A DNA stretch of 63,382 nt from Gemmatimonadales bacterium (GCA_025928645.1 JAICJD010000002.1:1-63382); one strand, 5' to 3'. Positions 45,867 through 54,749 are shown, counted from the stretch's first letter. The notes: generated from the letters alone by a model not told the origin. Numbers and translations are program-made.

Positions 45867-46526
45867 ATGTCCGGCCGCATCTTTCTCCTCTCCCCCGCCC
45901 ACCTGGGTGGCAAGCGGGCCGAGCTTCTGCTCGGCGGGCGCGGGCGCTTCGCGCTCGCCGAGCGGCTCCACGCCGGCGGCACGGCCACGCTGGGCGAGGC
46001 CTTCAGCTTCCTGAGCGGGCTCTACTTCCGCGGCAAGCTGGCCTACGCCCGCCGGTTCGCCCGGGGTCCCGCCGGCGGCGAGGGCGTGTACGTGATCACC
46101 AGCAACCGTGGACTTGTTCCCGCCGAGGCTCCCATGACGGTTGCCGACCTTCGCGCGCTCGCCGGCACCGAGATCCGCGCCGACGACCCCGAGTACCGGG
46201 AACCCTTGCATCGCACGCTGGCCTCGATCGACCCCGAGCCATCGGTCACCGAGGTCGTGCTGCTCGGCAGCATTGCCACGGGCAAGTACGTGGACGTGCT
46301 GTTCGACCGGCTCGGCGCGCGGCTCCTCTTTCCCGGCGACTTCGTGGGGCGCGGGGACATGAGCCGCGGCGCGCTCCTCCTCCGCGCGGCGCGTGAGGGG
46401 CGGGAGCTCGAGTATCGGCCCGTCGGCGCCGCGCGGCGGCGCGGGCCGCGCCCACCGCCATCCTCCCCACGACATGTCTCCCGCAAGCCGAACCCGCGCC
46501 GCTCTGCGCATTCCGCCGGGCGCTGA
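45867..46526 (+). CDS. Hypothetical protein (219 aa), first gene of the LigD-module operon
   Basis: MSGRIFLLSPAHLGGKRAELLLGGRGRFALAERLHAGGTATLGEAFSFLSGLYFRGKLAYARRF...VVLLGSIATGKYVDVLFDRLGARLLFPGDFVGRGDMSRGALLLRAAREGRELEY. Protein-like composition except for an R/P-rich tail. I cannot place it in a family. Confidence 0.55.
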   Translation: MSGRIFLLSPAHLGGKRAELLLGGRGRFALAERLHAGGTATLGEAFSFLSGLYFRGKLAYARRFARGPAGGEGVYVITSNRGLVPAEAPMTVADLRALAGTEIRADDPEYREPLHRTLASIDPEPSVTEVVLLGSIATGKYVDVLFDRLGARLLFPGDFVGRGDMSRGALLLRAAREGRELEYRPVGAARRRGPRPPPSSPRHVSRKPNPRRSAHSAGR

Positions 46527-47421
46527 CGACGTCCGGGTGCGCGCCGGCCGCCACACGGTCGCGCTGAGCAACCTGGACAAGGTCTTCTGGCCCGAGGCCG
46601 GCCTCACCAAGCGCGACCTGCTTCGCTACTACGCCGACGTCGCCTCCGCGCTGATTCCGCACCTCGAGGATCGCGCGATGGTGATGAAGCGCTATCCCAA
46701 CGGAATCCGCGGCAAATTCTTCTTCATGAAGCGCACCCCGGCCGGCCATCCCGAATGGCTGGAGACCTGCGCCATCATGCACAAATCGGCGAGCCTCATC
46801 GCCTTCCCCATGGTGCAGGACCTCGCGTCGCTGCTCTGGATCGTGAACCTCGGGTGCATCGACCTCAACCCGTGGTACGCCCGCTGCGACGACACCGATC
46901 GGCCCGACTACCTGCACTTCGATCTCGACCCCGGCCCGGGCGCGCCGTTCGAACGGGTGCGCGAGACCGCGCTCATCGTGCGCGAGGCGCTGGAGGAGCA
47001 CGGCATGCGCGTGCTCGCCAAGACCAGCGGCTCGACCGGGATGCACCTCTACGTCCCGATCGTGCGCGGGCCGACGCAGAAGACCGTGTGGGGCTTCGCC
47101 AAGCGCCTCGCCAAGGCGCTCGAGCGGCGACACCCTCGCGTGATCACCGCGGAGTACCGCATCGCCGACCGCCCCCGCGGGCGCGTGCTGGTGGACTACA
47201 ACCAGAACGCCTGGGGACGCACGCTCGCGTCGGTGTACTCGGTCCGGCCGACGGCGCGCGCCACCGTCTCGACGCCGGTCAGCTGGGCGGAGGTCGAGCG
47301 CGGCGTCGAGCCGGACGCGTTCCGCATGGACACGGTGCCCGCGCGGCTCCGCCGCGTCGGCGATCTCTGGGCTCCGCTGCTCTCCGCGCGCGGCCGGTTC
47401 CGGCTGGAGGATGCGCTGTGA
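46474..47421 (+). CDS. ligD: NHEJ polymerase/primase module (LigD Pol domain, stand-alone)
   Basis: ALSNLDKVFWPEAGLTKRDLLRYYADVA, VMKRYPNGI, DLNPW, PDYLHFDLDP, KTSGSTGMHLYVP, and VLVDYNQNAWGRTLASVYSVRP. Alternative start GTG 46537 would remove the 53-nt overlap with the upstream gene. Confidence 0.9.
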   Translation: MSPASRTRAALRIPPGADDVRVRAGRHTVALSNLDKVFWPEAGLTKRDLLRYYADVASALIPHLEDRAMVMKRYPNGIRGKFFFMKRTPAGHPEWLETCAIMHKSASLIAFPMVQDLASLLWIVNLGCIDLNPWYARCDDTDRPDYLHFDLDPGPGAPFERVRETALIVREALEEHGMRVLAKTSGSTGMHLYVPIVRGPTQKTVWGFAKRLAKALERRHPRVITAEYRIADRPRGRVLVDYNQNAWGRTLASVYSVRPTARATVSTPVSWAEVERGVEPDAFRMDTVPARLRRVGDLWAPLLSARGRFRLEDAL

Positions 47422-48416
47422 GCCTGCCGCTCGACTTTCCCTATGCGCCGATGGAAGCGGAGAGCGTCCCCGAGCTGCCCACCGGGAGCGAGTGGCAGTA
47501 CGAGCCCAAGTGGGACGGCTTCCGCTGCCTCGCCTTCCGCGACGGCGACACGGTGCGCATCCAGAGCAAGGCCGGCAAGCCGCTCGCCCGCTACTTCCCC
47601 GACGTGGTGGAGACCGTCGCCGCGCTCTCCCCGCGCCGATTCGTTCTGGACGGTGAGATCGTGATTCCGGTGGACGGCCGCCTCTCCTTCGACGAGCTGC
47701 TGCTCCGGGTGCATCCGGCCGCGAGCCGGGTGCGCACCCTGGTCGAAGCCCACCGCGCCCGGCTCGTGGTGTTCGACCTGCTGGTGGACGACCGCGGCCG
47801 CTCCCTGGTGCGGCTGCCGCTCGCGGAGCGCCGCCGCCGGCTCGAAGCGTTCGCGGCGCGCTACTTCCCGAAGGGCCAGGCGATCGTGCTGTCCCCGGCC
47901 ACCCGCCGGCGCGGGACGGCCGCGGGGTGGCTGGCCGGCGGCAACGGTGATCTCGACGGCGTCGTGGCCAAGCGCGTGGACCTGCCATACCGCTCCGGGG
48001 AGCGCGACGGCATGGTCAAGATCAAGCGGCGGCGCACGGCCGACTGCGTGGTCGGCGGCTTCCGCTACGCGTCGAAGGGGGGCGGGGTCGGCTCGCTGCT
48101 GCTCGGCCTGTACGACGACGAGGGGCTGCTCGACCATGTCGGCTTCTGCTCGAGCATTCGCGGCTCAGAGCGCCGCGGCCTGAGGGAGAAGCTCGAGGCG
48201 CTGCGCCGCCCACCCGGTTTCACCGGCCGCGCGCCCGGCGGGCCGAGTCGCTGGAGTACCGAGCGTTCCGCCGAGTGGGAGCCGCTCGCGCCGAGCCTCG
48301 TCGTCGAGGTGGCCTACGACCACGTGTCGAACGGACGGTTTCGCCACGGCACGGCCTTCGTGCGCTGGCGCCCGGACAAGGCGGCACGGCAATGCACCAT
48401 GGAGCAGATTCGATGA
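47418..48416 (+). CDS. ligD: ATP-dependent DNA ligase module (LigD ligase domain, stand-alone)
   Basis: The adenylation lysine motif is WQYEPKWDGFRCLAF, followed by LDGEIV, VVFDLL, DGVVAKR, and MVKIKRRRTADCVV. The GTG start overlaps the Pol stop (GTGA, 47418-47421). Confidence 0.9.
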   Translation: MSLPLDFPYAPMEAESVPELPTGSEWQYEPKWDGFRCLAFRDGDTVRIQSKAGKPLARYFPDVVETVAALSPRRFVLDGEIVIPVDGRLSFDELLLRVHPAASRVRTLVEAHRARLVVFDLLVDDRGRSLVRLPLAERRRRLEAFAARYFPKGQAIVLSPATRRRGTAAGWLAGGNGDLDGVVAKRVDLPYRSGERDGMVKIKRRRTADCVVGGFRYASKGGGVGSLLLGLYDDEGLLDHVGFCSSIRGSERRGLREKLEALRRPPGFTGRAPGGPSRWSTERSAEWEPLAPSLVVEVAYDHVSNGRFRHGTAFVRWRPDKAARQCTMEQIR

Positions 48417-49093
48417 CGGAACGCAAGCGCAGCAGGAGCGGCAAGAAGCCGCCCGCGAAGAAGATGGCGGCGCGAAGCACGCCGGGGCTCGCCGAGTACC
48501 GGCGCAAGCGCGATTTCCGCCGCACCTCGGAGCCGCGCGGCGGCCGCCGTCGGGCGGCCCGGAAGCTCGCCTACGTGATCCAGAAGCACGCGGCAAGTCA
48601 CCTCCATTTCGACCTCAGGCTCGAGCTCGACGGCGTGATGAAGAGCTGGGCCGTTCCCAAAGGGCCCAGCCTGGACCCGGCGGTGAAGCGGCTCGCCATG
48701 CAGGTGGAGGACCACCCGATCGAGTACAACGTCTTCGAGGGCACCATCCCCAAGGGCGAGTACGGCGGCGGCACCGTGATGGTGTGGGACCGGGGAACCT
48801 ACGAGTACGGCGGCGACGAGGACGAGGACGATCCGGTCGATGGCCTGCGGCGGGGCTACGCGAGAGGCGACTTCAAGTTCGCGCTGCACGGCAAGCGGCT
48901 CAAGGGCTCCTGGGTGCTGATCCGGACCCGCCGCGGCGACCCCCGGCGGGCGCAATGGCTCCTGATCAAGCACCGGGACGAAGCCGCCGAGCCGGGCTCG
49001 GACGTGGTCGAGGAGTTTCAGACCTCGGTGGCCACCGGCCGCACGATGGACCAGATCGCCGAAGGACGGAAATCCCGCCGCCGGACCGGCTGA
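48413..49093 (+). CDS. ligD: 3'-phosphoesterase module (LigD PE domain, stand-alone)
   Basis: YVIQKHAASHLHFDLRLELDGVMKSWAVPKGPS, HPIEYNVFEGTIPKGEYGGGTVMVWDRGTY, and KGSWVLIRTR. ATGA overlap with the ligase stop (48413-48416). Confidence 0.9.
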   Translation: MTERKRSRSGKKPPAKKMAARSTPGLAEYRRKRDFRRTSEPRGGRRRAARKLAYVIQKHAASHLHFDLRLELDGVMKSWAVPKGPSLDPAVKRLAMQVEDHPIEYNVFEGTIPKGEYGGGTVMVWDRGTYEYGGDEDEDDPVDGLRRGYARGDFKFALHGKRLKGSWVLIRTRRGDPRRAQWLLIKHRDEAAEPGSDVVEEFQTSVATGRTMDQIAEGRKSRRRTG

Positions 49094-49201
49094 GCCGGCT
49101 GGTCGGCCCCTGTGCGGTCCGTCACTGCCCCAGATGGCCCGGCGCGCGATATCGTCAGGGCGGCAGCGCACCGCGCGGGCGGCTCTCGATGCGGAGGAAC
49201 C

Positions 49202-49813
49202 ATGGCAGCGACGTCACGGATAGGCATTCTGCTGTTGCTGGCGGCGTGCGGCGGGGGTCAGGGGGCGAGTCGGTCGGACACCGCGGCCATGTCGGGCGCC
49301 AGCCCGGCCGACACCGCCATGAGCGGGGCCGCTACCATGGGCACCGCCGACACGTCGGTCCCCGCCGCCGCCGCGAACGCCCCGGCCGACACGGCAACGA
49401 GCGCCCCCGCCAAGACCGCCGGCACCGACGGACAGGACACCGCGAAAAAGGCGGCGGCCGCGAAGCAGGATACCGCGAAAAAGGCAGCGGCGGCGAAGCC
49501 TTCCAGCGGCGGTCCCACGCCGCAGCAGGTCGCCCTTGGCGACAGCATCTTCCACGGCCAGGTAGCCGGCGGCACGTGTACCGCGTGTCACGGCCAGGAC
49601 GCGAAGGGTACCGCCGTGGCGCCCGACCTGACCGACACCCAATGGCTCAACGGCGACGGGAGCTATCAGTTCATCGTCCACACCGTCACCACCGGCGTGC
49701 CGAAGCCGAAGCAGCACCCCGCCCCGATGCCGCCCAAAGGCGGCGCCACGCTGACCGACGATCAGGTGAAGGCGGTCGCCGCCTACGTGTACTCGCTGAG
49801 CCACAAGATCTGA
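49202..49813 (+). CDS. Lipoprotein c-type cytochrome
   Basis: Lipobox LLLLAACGG, a low-complexity A/T/K linker, haem motif CTACH, and a distal Met context HPAPMPPKGG. Confidence 0.85.
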   Translation: MAATSRIGILLLLAACGGGQGASRSDTAAMSGASPADTAMSGAATMGTADTSVPAAAANAPADTATSAPAKTAGTDGQDTAKKAAAAKQDTAKKAAAAKPSSGGPTPQQVALGDSIFHGQVAGGTCTACHGQDAKGTAVAPDLTDTQWLNGDGSYQFIVHTVTTGVPKPKQHPAPMPPKGGATLTDDQVKAVAAYVYSLSHKI

Positions 49814-49838
49814 CCAGCGGGCAAGCCTTTCGGATGCT

Positions 49839-50918
49839 CTAGCGCAGCGTCGCGAGCGTCTGCTGGATGCGCGCGCGCTGCGCCGTGTCCCTCACCAGCG
49901 ACAGCGCTCTGGCGTAACTCTGCGCGGCCTGCTCCCGGTCGCCCTTCCGCGCGTAGGCCTCGCCCAGGCTGTCATAGGTGTTCCAGGACTTGGGATAGTC
50001 CTTGGTGTTCTTGCGGAAGATCGAGATGGCCGAATCCACCTTGCCCTGTCCGAGCAGCAGGTAGCCGTAGGTGTTCACCTCCGCCTCCGTGGCTACGGCG
50101 AGCGACCGCCGGGCCGCCGAGTCCGCGGCCGCCTGATCACCGCGCAGGCCGAGCAGCGCCGCCTTCACCCGCAGGGTGGTGAAGTTCTCGTTCATCGCGA
50201 CGGCGCGGTCGGCCCAGGTGGCGGCTTCCTCCAGGTTGGTGCCGTTGGCCGCGCACCACGCGGCCGCCTGGCTCCAGGGCTGCCAGAAAAAGCGGCCCAG
50301 GCCGCGGAGCTGCTGCCGCAGGCTGTCGACCACCACCGACTTGCTGTCGACCGCGATCTCCACCGGCACGGCGAGCTTTTCCCATCGCAGTGTGGCGACG
50401 ACGGTGCTGTCGGACGGATCGTCCAGCGTGTAGGTGAGCCGCTCGTGCATGTCCCCCGGCGCCGGCGCGGCCTGAACGCGAAGAGCGTCCTCCGTGGAGT
50501 CGTAGCTGAAGCTGCCCCACGCGCTCGCCTCCCGGCTGAACACGACCGTCCACTGCCGCGCCGTCGGGATCATGTGCAGCCCGTAGCGACCGGCCGCGAG
50601 CGATTTGCCGCCGACCCGTACCGGCGAGCTGAAGCTGACGACGGTGTTCTCGTTGGCGCCCGCCCGCCAGACGCTGTCATACGGCACGAGCCCGCCCCAG
50701 ATGCGTCGCCCGTGCACCGCCGGCCGGTCATAGGTGATGGAGATGTTCGTGAGGCCCACCGTCTGGCTCACGGTGGCCCGCGGGCTCTCCTTGGGAAGGA
50801 CGAGGGGGGGCGCCTGCGCGAGCGCGGCGCCCGCAGGAATCAGGGGCGCCGCGCAGAGAACGACGAAGCTGAGGCGGAAACAGAGAGCCCGGGAGAGATT
50901 CGGCATGGTATCTCGCAT
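49839..50918 (-). CDS. DUF2911 domain protein with C-terminal TPR repeats, secreted
   Basis: ESPRATVSQTVGLTNISITYDRPAVHGRRIWGGLVPYDSVWRAGANENT...GRYGLHMIP (DUF2911), then TPR-like NTYGYLLLGQGKVDSAISIFRKN...SWNTYDSLGEAYARKGDREQA. Start is ATG 50918 or 50906. Confidence 0.8.
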   Translation of the reverse strand: MRDTMPNLSRALCFRLSFVVLCAAPLIPAGAALAQAPPLVLPKESPRATVSQTVGLTNISITYDRPAVHGRRIWGGLVPYDSVWRAGANENTVVSFSSPVRVGGKSLAAGRYGLHMIPTARQWTVVFSREASAWGSFSYDSTEDALRVQAAPAPGDMHERLTYTLDDPSDSTVVATLRWEKLAVPVEIAVDSKSVVVDSLRQQLRGLGRFFWQPWSQAAAWCAANGTNLEEAATWADRAVAMNENFTTLRVKAALLGLRGDQAAADSAARRSLAVATEAEVNTYGYLLLGQGKVDSAISIFRKNTKDYPKSWNTYDSLGEAYARKGDREQAAQSYARALSLVRDTAQRARIQQTLATLR

Positions 50919-50968
50919 GGGGAGGGTAGCACTCCCTACGGGCCATGCCGCCGCCGGTTTCCCCGCGG

Positions 50969-52081
50969 TCACCAGGTGAGCGTGTACTGCCCCCCGAGCG
51001 TGAACAGCGTCTCGTTCGCGCGCAGGTCGTCCACCGGCTCGTGGTTCGGCCAAGCGCTCCGGTGCGACGACAGCCCGAAGTTGACCGCCAACGCGTTTAC
51101 CACCTGCACGCTCGCCACCAGCCGCTCGAGGGCGTCCCGCCGGCGGGAGACGATCGCGCCGCCCCCGAACGCGAAGGTCTTTTCGGCGCTGAGACTCACC
51201 GGCAGCCGGACCTCGGTGAGATTGCCGTTGAGGCTCACCCGCGTGCTCACGATCTGGAGCACCTGCGCGCCGTCGTCGTAGATGCCGATCTGCGACGTGG
51301 CGGTGACGCCACGGAGCATCACGCTGGGGCCCAGGCTGGCGCGCCATCCGGTGCGGTCGCTGACCACCGGATTGTCGGCATCGGCCAGCCATTCGCTGCG
51401 GTCCGCGCCGACGTGTACGGCGAGGCCATAGCTCAGGTCGCCGGCGTGCTTCACGACGCGCGAGAGGTCGAGCGCGACGCCGCGCTCGCCCTGCCCCGCG
51501 TAGCCTTCCATCCGTCCGCTCCAGTTGCGGTCGCTCAGCTCTCCCCGGGCCGACCAGATGCCGCTGCTCAGCACCTCGCGGAAGAGCACGGTGCTATGCG
51601 ACCCCATCAGCGAGCGGCGGGCGAACACCGTGTTGTAGCCCGCGGTCACCGCGACCGTGCGGTGGTTGGCCTCCGCCAGCGCCACGGGCACCTGGTGATA
51701 GATCGTCCGGCAACCGCCCTGCCGGCACACCGATATGCGCGCGGGCTTCATCAGCCGCGAGAGCAGCGTCCCCTGAAACCGGGTGGCGTAGCGTTGCACC
51801 CCCACGGAGTCGCCGAAGTCGGGGTCGAGGCGGAAACGAAGCGTGTCGCCCTTGGTCCAGTAGCGGTCGAGCCCGTTCGCCGATTCGAACGTGATACTGT
51901 CCGCGCCCGGGCTCGTGACCGTGAGCATCGTCGACTGGCCGGGCGACGGAACGGCGGGGTCGGACTGCACGGTGACCGGCTCGGGTCCATCGACGAGGTG
52001 CGTCGTCTGCGTGGGGATGGCGCACCCCGCCAACGCGACGGCGGCCGCGGCGGCAAGCGCGTTCCGGGAAGCTGAAACCAT
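50969..52081 (-). CDS. Hypothetical lipoprotein / probable outer-membrane beta-barrel
   Basis: Lipobox AVALAGCA, alternating beta-strand-like sequence, and a C-terminal ...LFTLGGQYTLTW aromatic terminus. ATG 52081 confirmed. The upstream 276 codons of the ORF were rejected. Confidence 0.6.
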   Translation of the reverse strand: MVSASRNALAAAAAVALAGCAIPTQTTHLVDGPEPVTVQSDPAVPSPGQSTMLTVTSPGADSITFESANGLDRYWTKGDTLRFRLDPDFGDSVGVQRYATRFQGTLLSRLMKPARISVCRQGGCRTIYHQVPVALAEANHRTVAVTAGYNTVFARRSLMGSHSTVLFREVLSSGIWSARGELSDRNWSGRMEGYAGQGERGVALDLSRVVKHAGDLSYGLAVHVGADRSEWLADADNPVVSDRTGWRASLGPSVMLRGVTATSQIGIYDDGAQVLQIVSTRVSLNGNLTEVRLPVSLSAEKTFAFGGGAIVSRRRDALERLVASVQVVNALAVNFGLSSHRSAWPNHEPVDDLRANETLFTLGGQYTLTW

Positions 52082-52483
52082 GCGGGTCTGTGTGTGCGGG
52101 GAGCAAAACCGGTGTCGCGAGTTCCTGACCACAGTGTAGCGCCAAAGATGCAACCCGGCCAGAGGCGGTCGAACCTCACCGGACACCCCGGCGCAACATT
52201 GTGCGCGCTCCTGCGCCTCTCGGCTGATGGGCATGGCCGCCTCCGCGCGCACCCGGGCGCTGTCGGACGGCCCGGGGGCTCGGTGCGCCCGTGCGTAGGG
52301 GCGCGCCGTGCGACTCGAGCGCGTGCGGTTGTACGTTGAGAATCTCCGGCGGGGGCGAGCCCGGGCCGGCGGGAGCAGGCCACCGCTGCGCTGATGCTTG
52401 CAGCGTGGAGGCGGTGCCTGTTGGAGTGGCTGCGATCTTGAGGGGCAAGCGCCGTGCCCGGCGTCTGGAGGCATCAGCGAGGG

Positions 52484-53236
52484 ATGGCGGAAGTCAGGAT
52501 CGGGACCTCGGGCTACGTCTACCGCCACTGGCGTGCGGGGGTGTTCTACCCGCCAGGGCTCCGCGCGCGCGACGAGCTGGCCTGGTACGCGGACCGGTTC
52601 CGGACGCTCGAGCTCAACAACCCCTTCTACCGCGTGCCCACGGCCGCGACCTTCGCCCGCTGGAGGAACGAGACGCCCGCGGATTTCGTCTTTTCGGTGA
52701 AGGTGAACCGCGTGGTGAGCCACATGCGGCGCCTGCGCGACGCGGCCGAGCCGCTCGCAGCCTTTCTGGCCGTCGCCGAGCACCTGGGGCCCAAGCTCGG
52801 CCCGCTGCTGGTGCAGCTTCCGCCGCACTTCCTGGTGGACCTCGCGCGACTCGAAGCGTTTCTGGCGCAGCTTCCCGTGACCCAGCGCTGGGTGCTCGAG
52901 CTGCGGCACCCGAGCTGGCAGACGCCGGCGGTGTACGACGCACTCGGCCGCTGTCGCGTGGCGCTGGCCTTGCCCGTCGGAGGACGGCTACAGCCGGACC
53001 TCGTGACCACCGCCGACTTCAGCTACCTCAGGATGCACGCCGGCCGCGGCCCCACCGGCGGCTTCGGCGACGACGAGCTCGACTGGTGGGCGGGAAGAAT
53101 CAGAGGGCTCGCGCGTGGCGGAAAGGACGTGTGGGTGTACTTCAACAACGATCGTGACGGCCACGCCCCGCGGGACGCGGCTCGCCTGCGGGAGCTGTTG
53201 CGGCTCGCGGTGAGGCCGCTTCAGGAGTCACCCTGA
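52484..53236 (+). CDS. DUF72 (UPF0759) family protein
   Basis: MAEVRIGTSGYVYRHWRAGVFYPPGL...YADRFRTLELNNPFYR...FVFSVKVNR...GPLLVQLPP... is a canonical DUF72 pattern. Confidence 0.9.
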   Translation: MAEVRIGTSGYVYRHWRAGVFYPPGLRARDELAWYADRFRTLELNNPFYRVPTAATFARWRNETPADFVFSVKVNRVVSHMRRLRDAAEPLAAFLAVAEHLGPKLGPLLVQLPPHFLVDLARLEAFLAQLPVTQRWVLELRHPSWQTPAVYDALGRCRVALALPVGGRLQPDLVTTADFSYLRMHAGRGPTGGFGDDELDWWAGRIRGLARGGKDVWVYFNNDRDGHAPRDAARLRELLRLAVRPLQESP

Positions 53237-53320
53237 CCCCGAGCGTAGCGAGGGGGAAAGGGGGCATGAGCTGGTGCATGCCCCCTTTCCCCCTTGCTAC
53301 GCTCGGGGTCAGGGTGACTC
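53225..53320. repeat. 96-nt hairpin element (44-bp stem with one G-T pair, 8-nt loop) between convergent genes
   Basis: Left arm 53225-53268 gagtcaccctgaccccgagcgtagcgagggggaaagggggcatg. Loop agctggtg. Right arm 53277-53320 catgccccctttcccccttgctacgctcggggtcagggtgactc. Contains the DUF72 stop (53234-53236) and the CCCGAGCGTAGCGAGGG core. Confidence 0.9.
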
Positions 53321-53339
53321 AGGCCACTTCCGAAGCGGC

Positions 53340-53600
53340 TCATCCTTTCCGATTGGGGGGGCCGGGCTCGTACTCCGCCCCGCCGCTCCCGGCCGATCCG
53401 AATTTCGGCGCCGCGAAATGTTTGCTCGCCGTGAACGGGGGCTCGTCAGGATCGATCGCCACGTAGCGGCCGGGCTCCGCCTCGAACGCGCCGCGGCACT
53501 GGTCCGAGCAGAAGAACATGTCTCGACGGCCGTTGGTCATCTGTGCGGCCGCCGCCTCCGAGTCGAGGCTTCGGCCGCACACGGGATCCTGGACCTTCAT
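53340..53600 (-). CDS. YHS-domain protein (86 aa)
   Basis: MKVQDPVCGRSLDSEAAAAQMTNGRRDMFFCSDQCRGAFEAEP is the YHS/TRASH-type metal-binding pattern. ATG 53600 confirmed, with an ATGA overlap with the upstream gene. Confidence 0.8.
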   Translation of the reverse strand: MKVQDPVCGRSLDSEAAAAQMTNGRRDMFFCSDQCRGAFEAEPGRYVAIDPDEPPFTASKHFAAPKFGSAGSGGAEYEPGPPNRKG

Positions 53601-53902
53601 GTCTGGTCTCCGCCGTGTTCCGGCACGAGCTCCGGCACCGGATTGAGATTGTGGACACCGCACCAGTTGAGCAGGCCCGCCACGTCCTCGGCCCGCTCCG
53701 GGGTATCGACGACGAGCGCGGTCCGCTCGTTGGTCACCACGGGCAGCCGATGGACACTGGTGCGTCCGGGTCGCGATCCCCTGCGCTCGGCGGCACGCCA
53801 CGGCCCGATCGCGTCGGACAGATCGATGCCGCGGTCCTTCACGTGCGCCGCAAGGGCGTATACGGCGGTCGGCTCGTAGCTGCGCTGTTTCTGCCCACTC
53901 AT
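53597..53902 (-). CDS. Hypothetical protein (101 aa), coupled to the YHS gene
   Basis: MSGQKQRSYEPTAVYALAAHVKDRGIDLSDAIGPWRAAERR...LPVVTNERTALVVDTPERAEDVAGLLNWCGVHNLNPVPE. AAGGAGG Shine-Dalgarno lies 5 nt upstream of ATG 53902. Confidence 0.55.
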   Translation of the reverse strand: MSGQKQRSYEPTAVYALAAHVKDRGIDLSDAIGPWRAAERRGSRPGRTSVHRLPVVTNERTALVVDTPERAEDVAGLLNWCGVHNLNPVPELVPEHGGDQT

Positions 53903-54010
53903 GTGCGCCTCCTTGCTGCTGCAGCATGGCGGCACGGCCGGCCAGAGGTCGGTGAGAGCGGTCACGGACCCCGATTTCGTGGCCGAAACGGCGCGGGGAA
54001 ACTGTGCACG

Positions 54011-54048
54011 GAAACACGAAGGCCGCCGCGCTTAGGCGGGGCGGCCTT
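54011..54048 (-). terminator. Probable intrinsic terminator of the OM beta-barrel gene
   Basis: aaggccgcc...ggcggcctt 9-bp stem plus inner pairs (54019-54048). The minus strand continues CGTGTTTCC. Confidence 0.55.
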
Positions 54049-54074
54049 CCTGTGCCGTGGTGGTGAAGGCTGGC

Positions 54075-54629
54075 TTAGAACCGCACGCCGACGGTGAGCG
54101 GGATCATGTACGCCGTCTTCTCCTCGCCGGTCGTCCCGTCGCCCACGCCCTTCATGATCGCGTGGAACCGACCCTCGGCGTAGAGCTTCGCCTTACCAAA
54201 GCCGAAGTCGAACCCGGCGCCCGCGTTCAGGCCGAATTTGGTCTGCGAGTCGGTCGACGGCCCCCCATCCAGCGAGGTCTTCCCGTTGTACAGGCCCAGG
54301 CCGCCGATGAGATACGGCTTGGCCGCGCTGGCGCCCGGGAAGGCATACACGGCGTTGGCCGTGCCGACCAGCATACGGCTGTGGCCGTCGATGCCGTCGA
54401 GGCCGAAGCGGGTGTAGGAGGCGTCCACCTGGAACCCGACCGGGCTGGCGGGAGGCTGCAGGCGAAGCAGCGCGGTGCCGCTGTAACCAGTAGAGGTGCC
54501 GTCGGACAGAGTGCCGGTCGGAACCACGATACCGCCGCCCAGGCCGAAGCTCATGGCCTGCGCGTGCGCCACCTGCGCGCTGAACAGCACGGCCATGCCA
54601 AGGACGGCACCACGGATCGAGCTCTTCAT
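54075..54629 (-). CDS. Small outer-membrane beta-barrel protein (OmpA-like/OmpW-like barrel domain)
   Basis: Signal peptide MKSSIRGAVLGMAVLFSAQVAHAQA, alternating strands GAGFDFGFGKAKLYAEGRFH, and a C-terminal ...PLTVGVRF. Confidence 0.8.
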   Translation of the reverse strand: MKSSIRGAVLGMAVLFSAQVAHAQAMSFGLGGGIVVPTGTLSDGTSTGYSGTALLRLQPPASPVGFQVDASYTRFGLDGIDGHSRMLVGTANAVYAFPGASAAKPYLIGGLGLYNGKTSLDGGPSTDSQTKFGLNAGAGFDFGFGKAKLYAEGRFHAIMKGVGDGTTGEEKTAYMIPLTVGVRF

Positions 54630-54749
54630 GGGTCTCTCCCTCATGGGTGACTGATGGGGGCGCTCGCGGAGACGAGCGGGACAGCAGGGCCCCGGTCGCG
54701 GCAAGCCGTCTGCCACCCGACGTTCCAACTCGCGTCCGATCACGCTAAC

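Noticed and set aside
46246-47988. 580-aa minus-strand ORF across the LigD modules
   Set aside because: It is antisense to three genes with unmistakable LigD motifs, and its composition is R/A/G/P.
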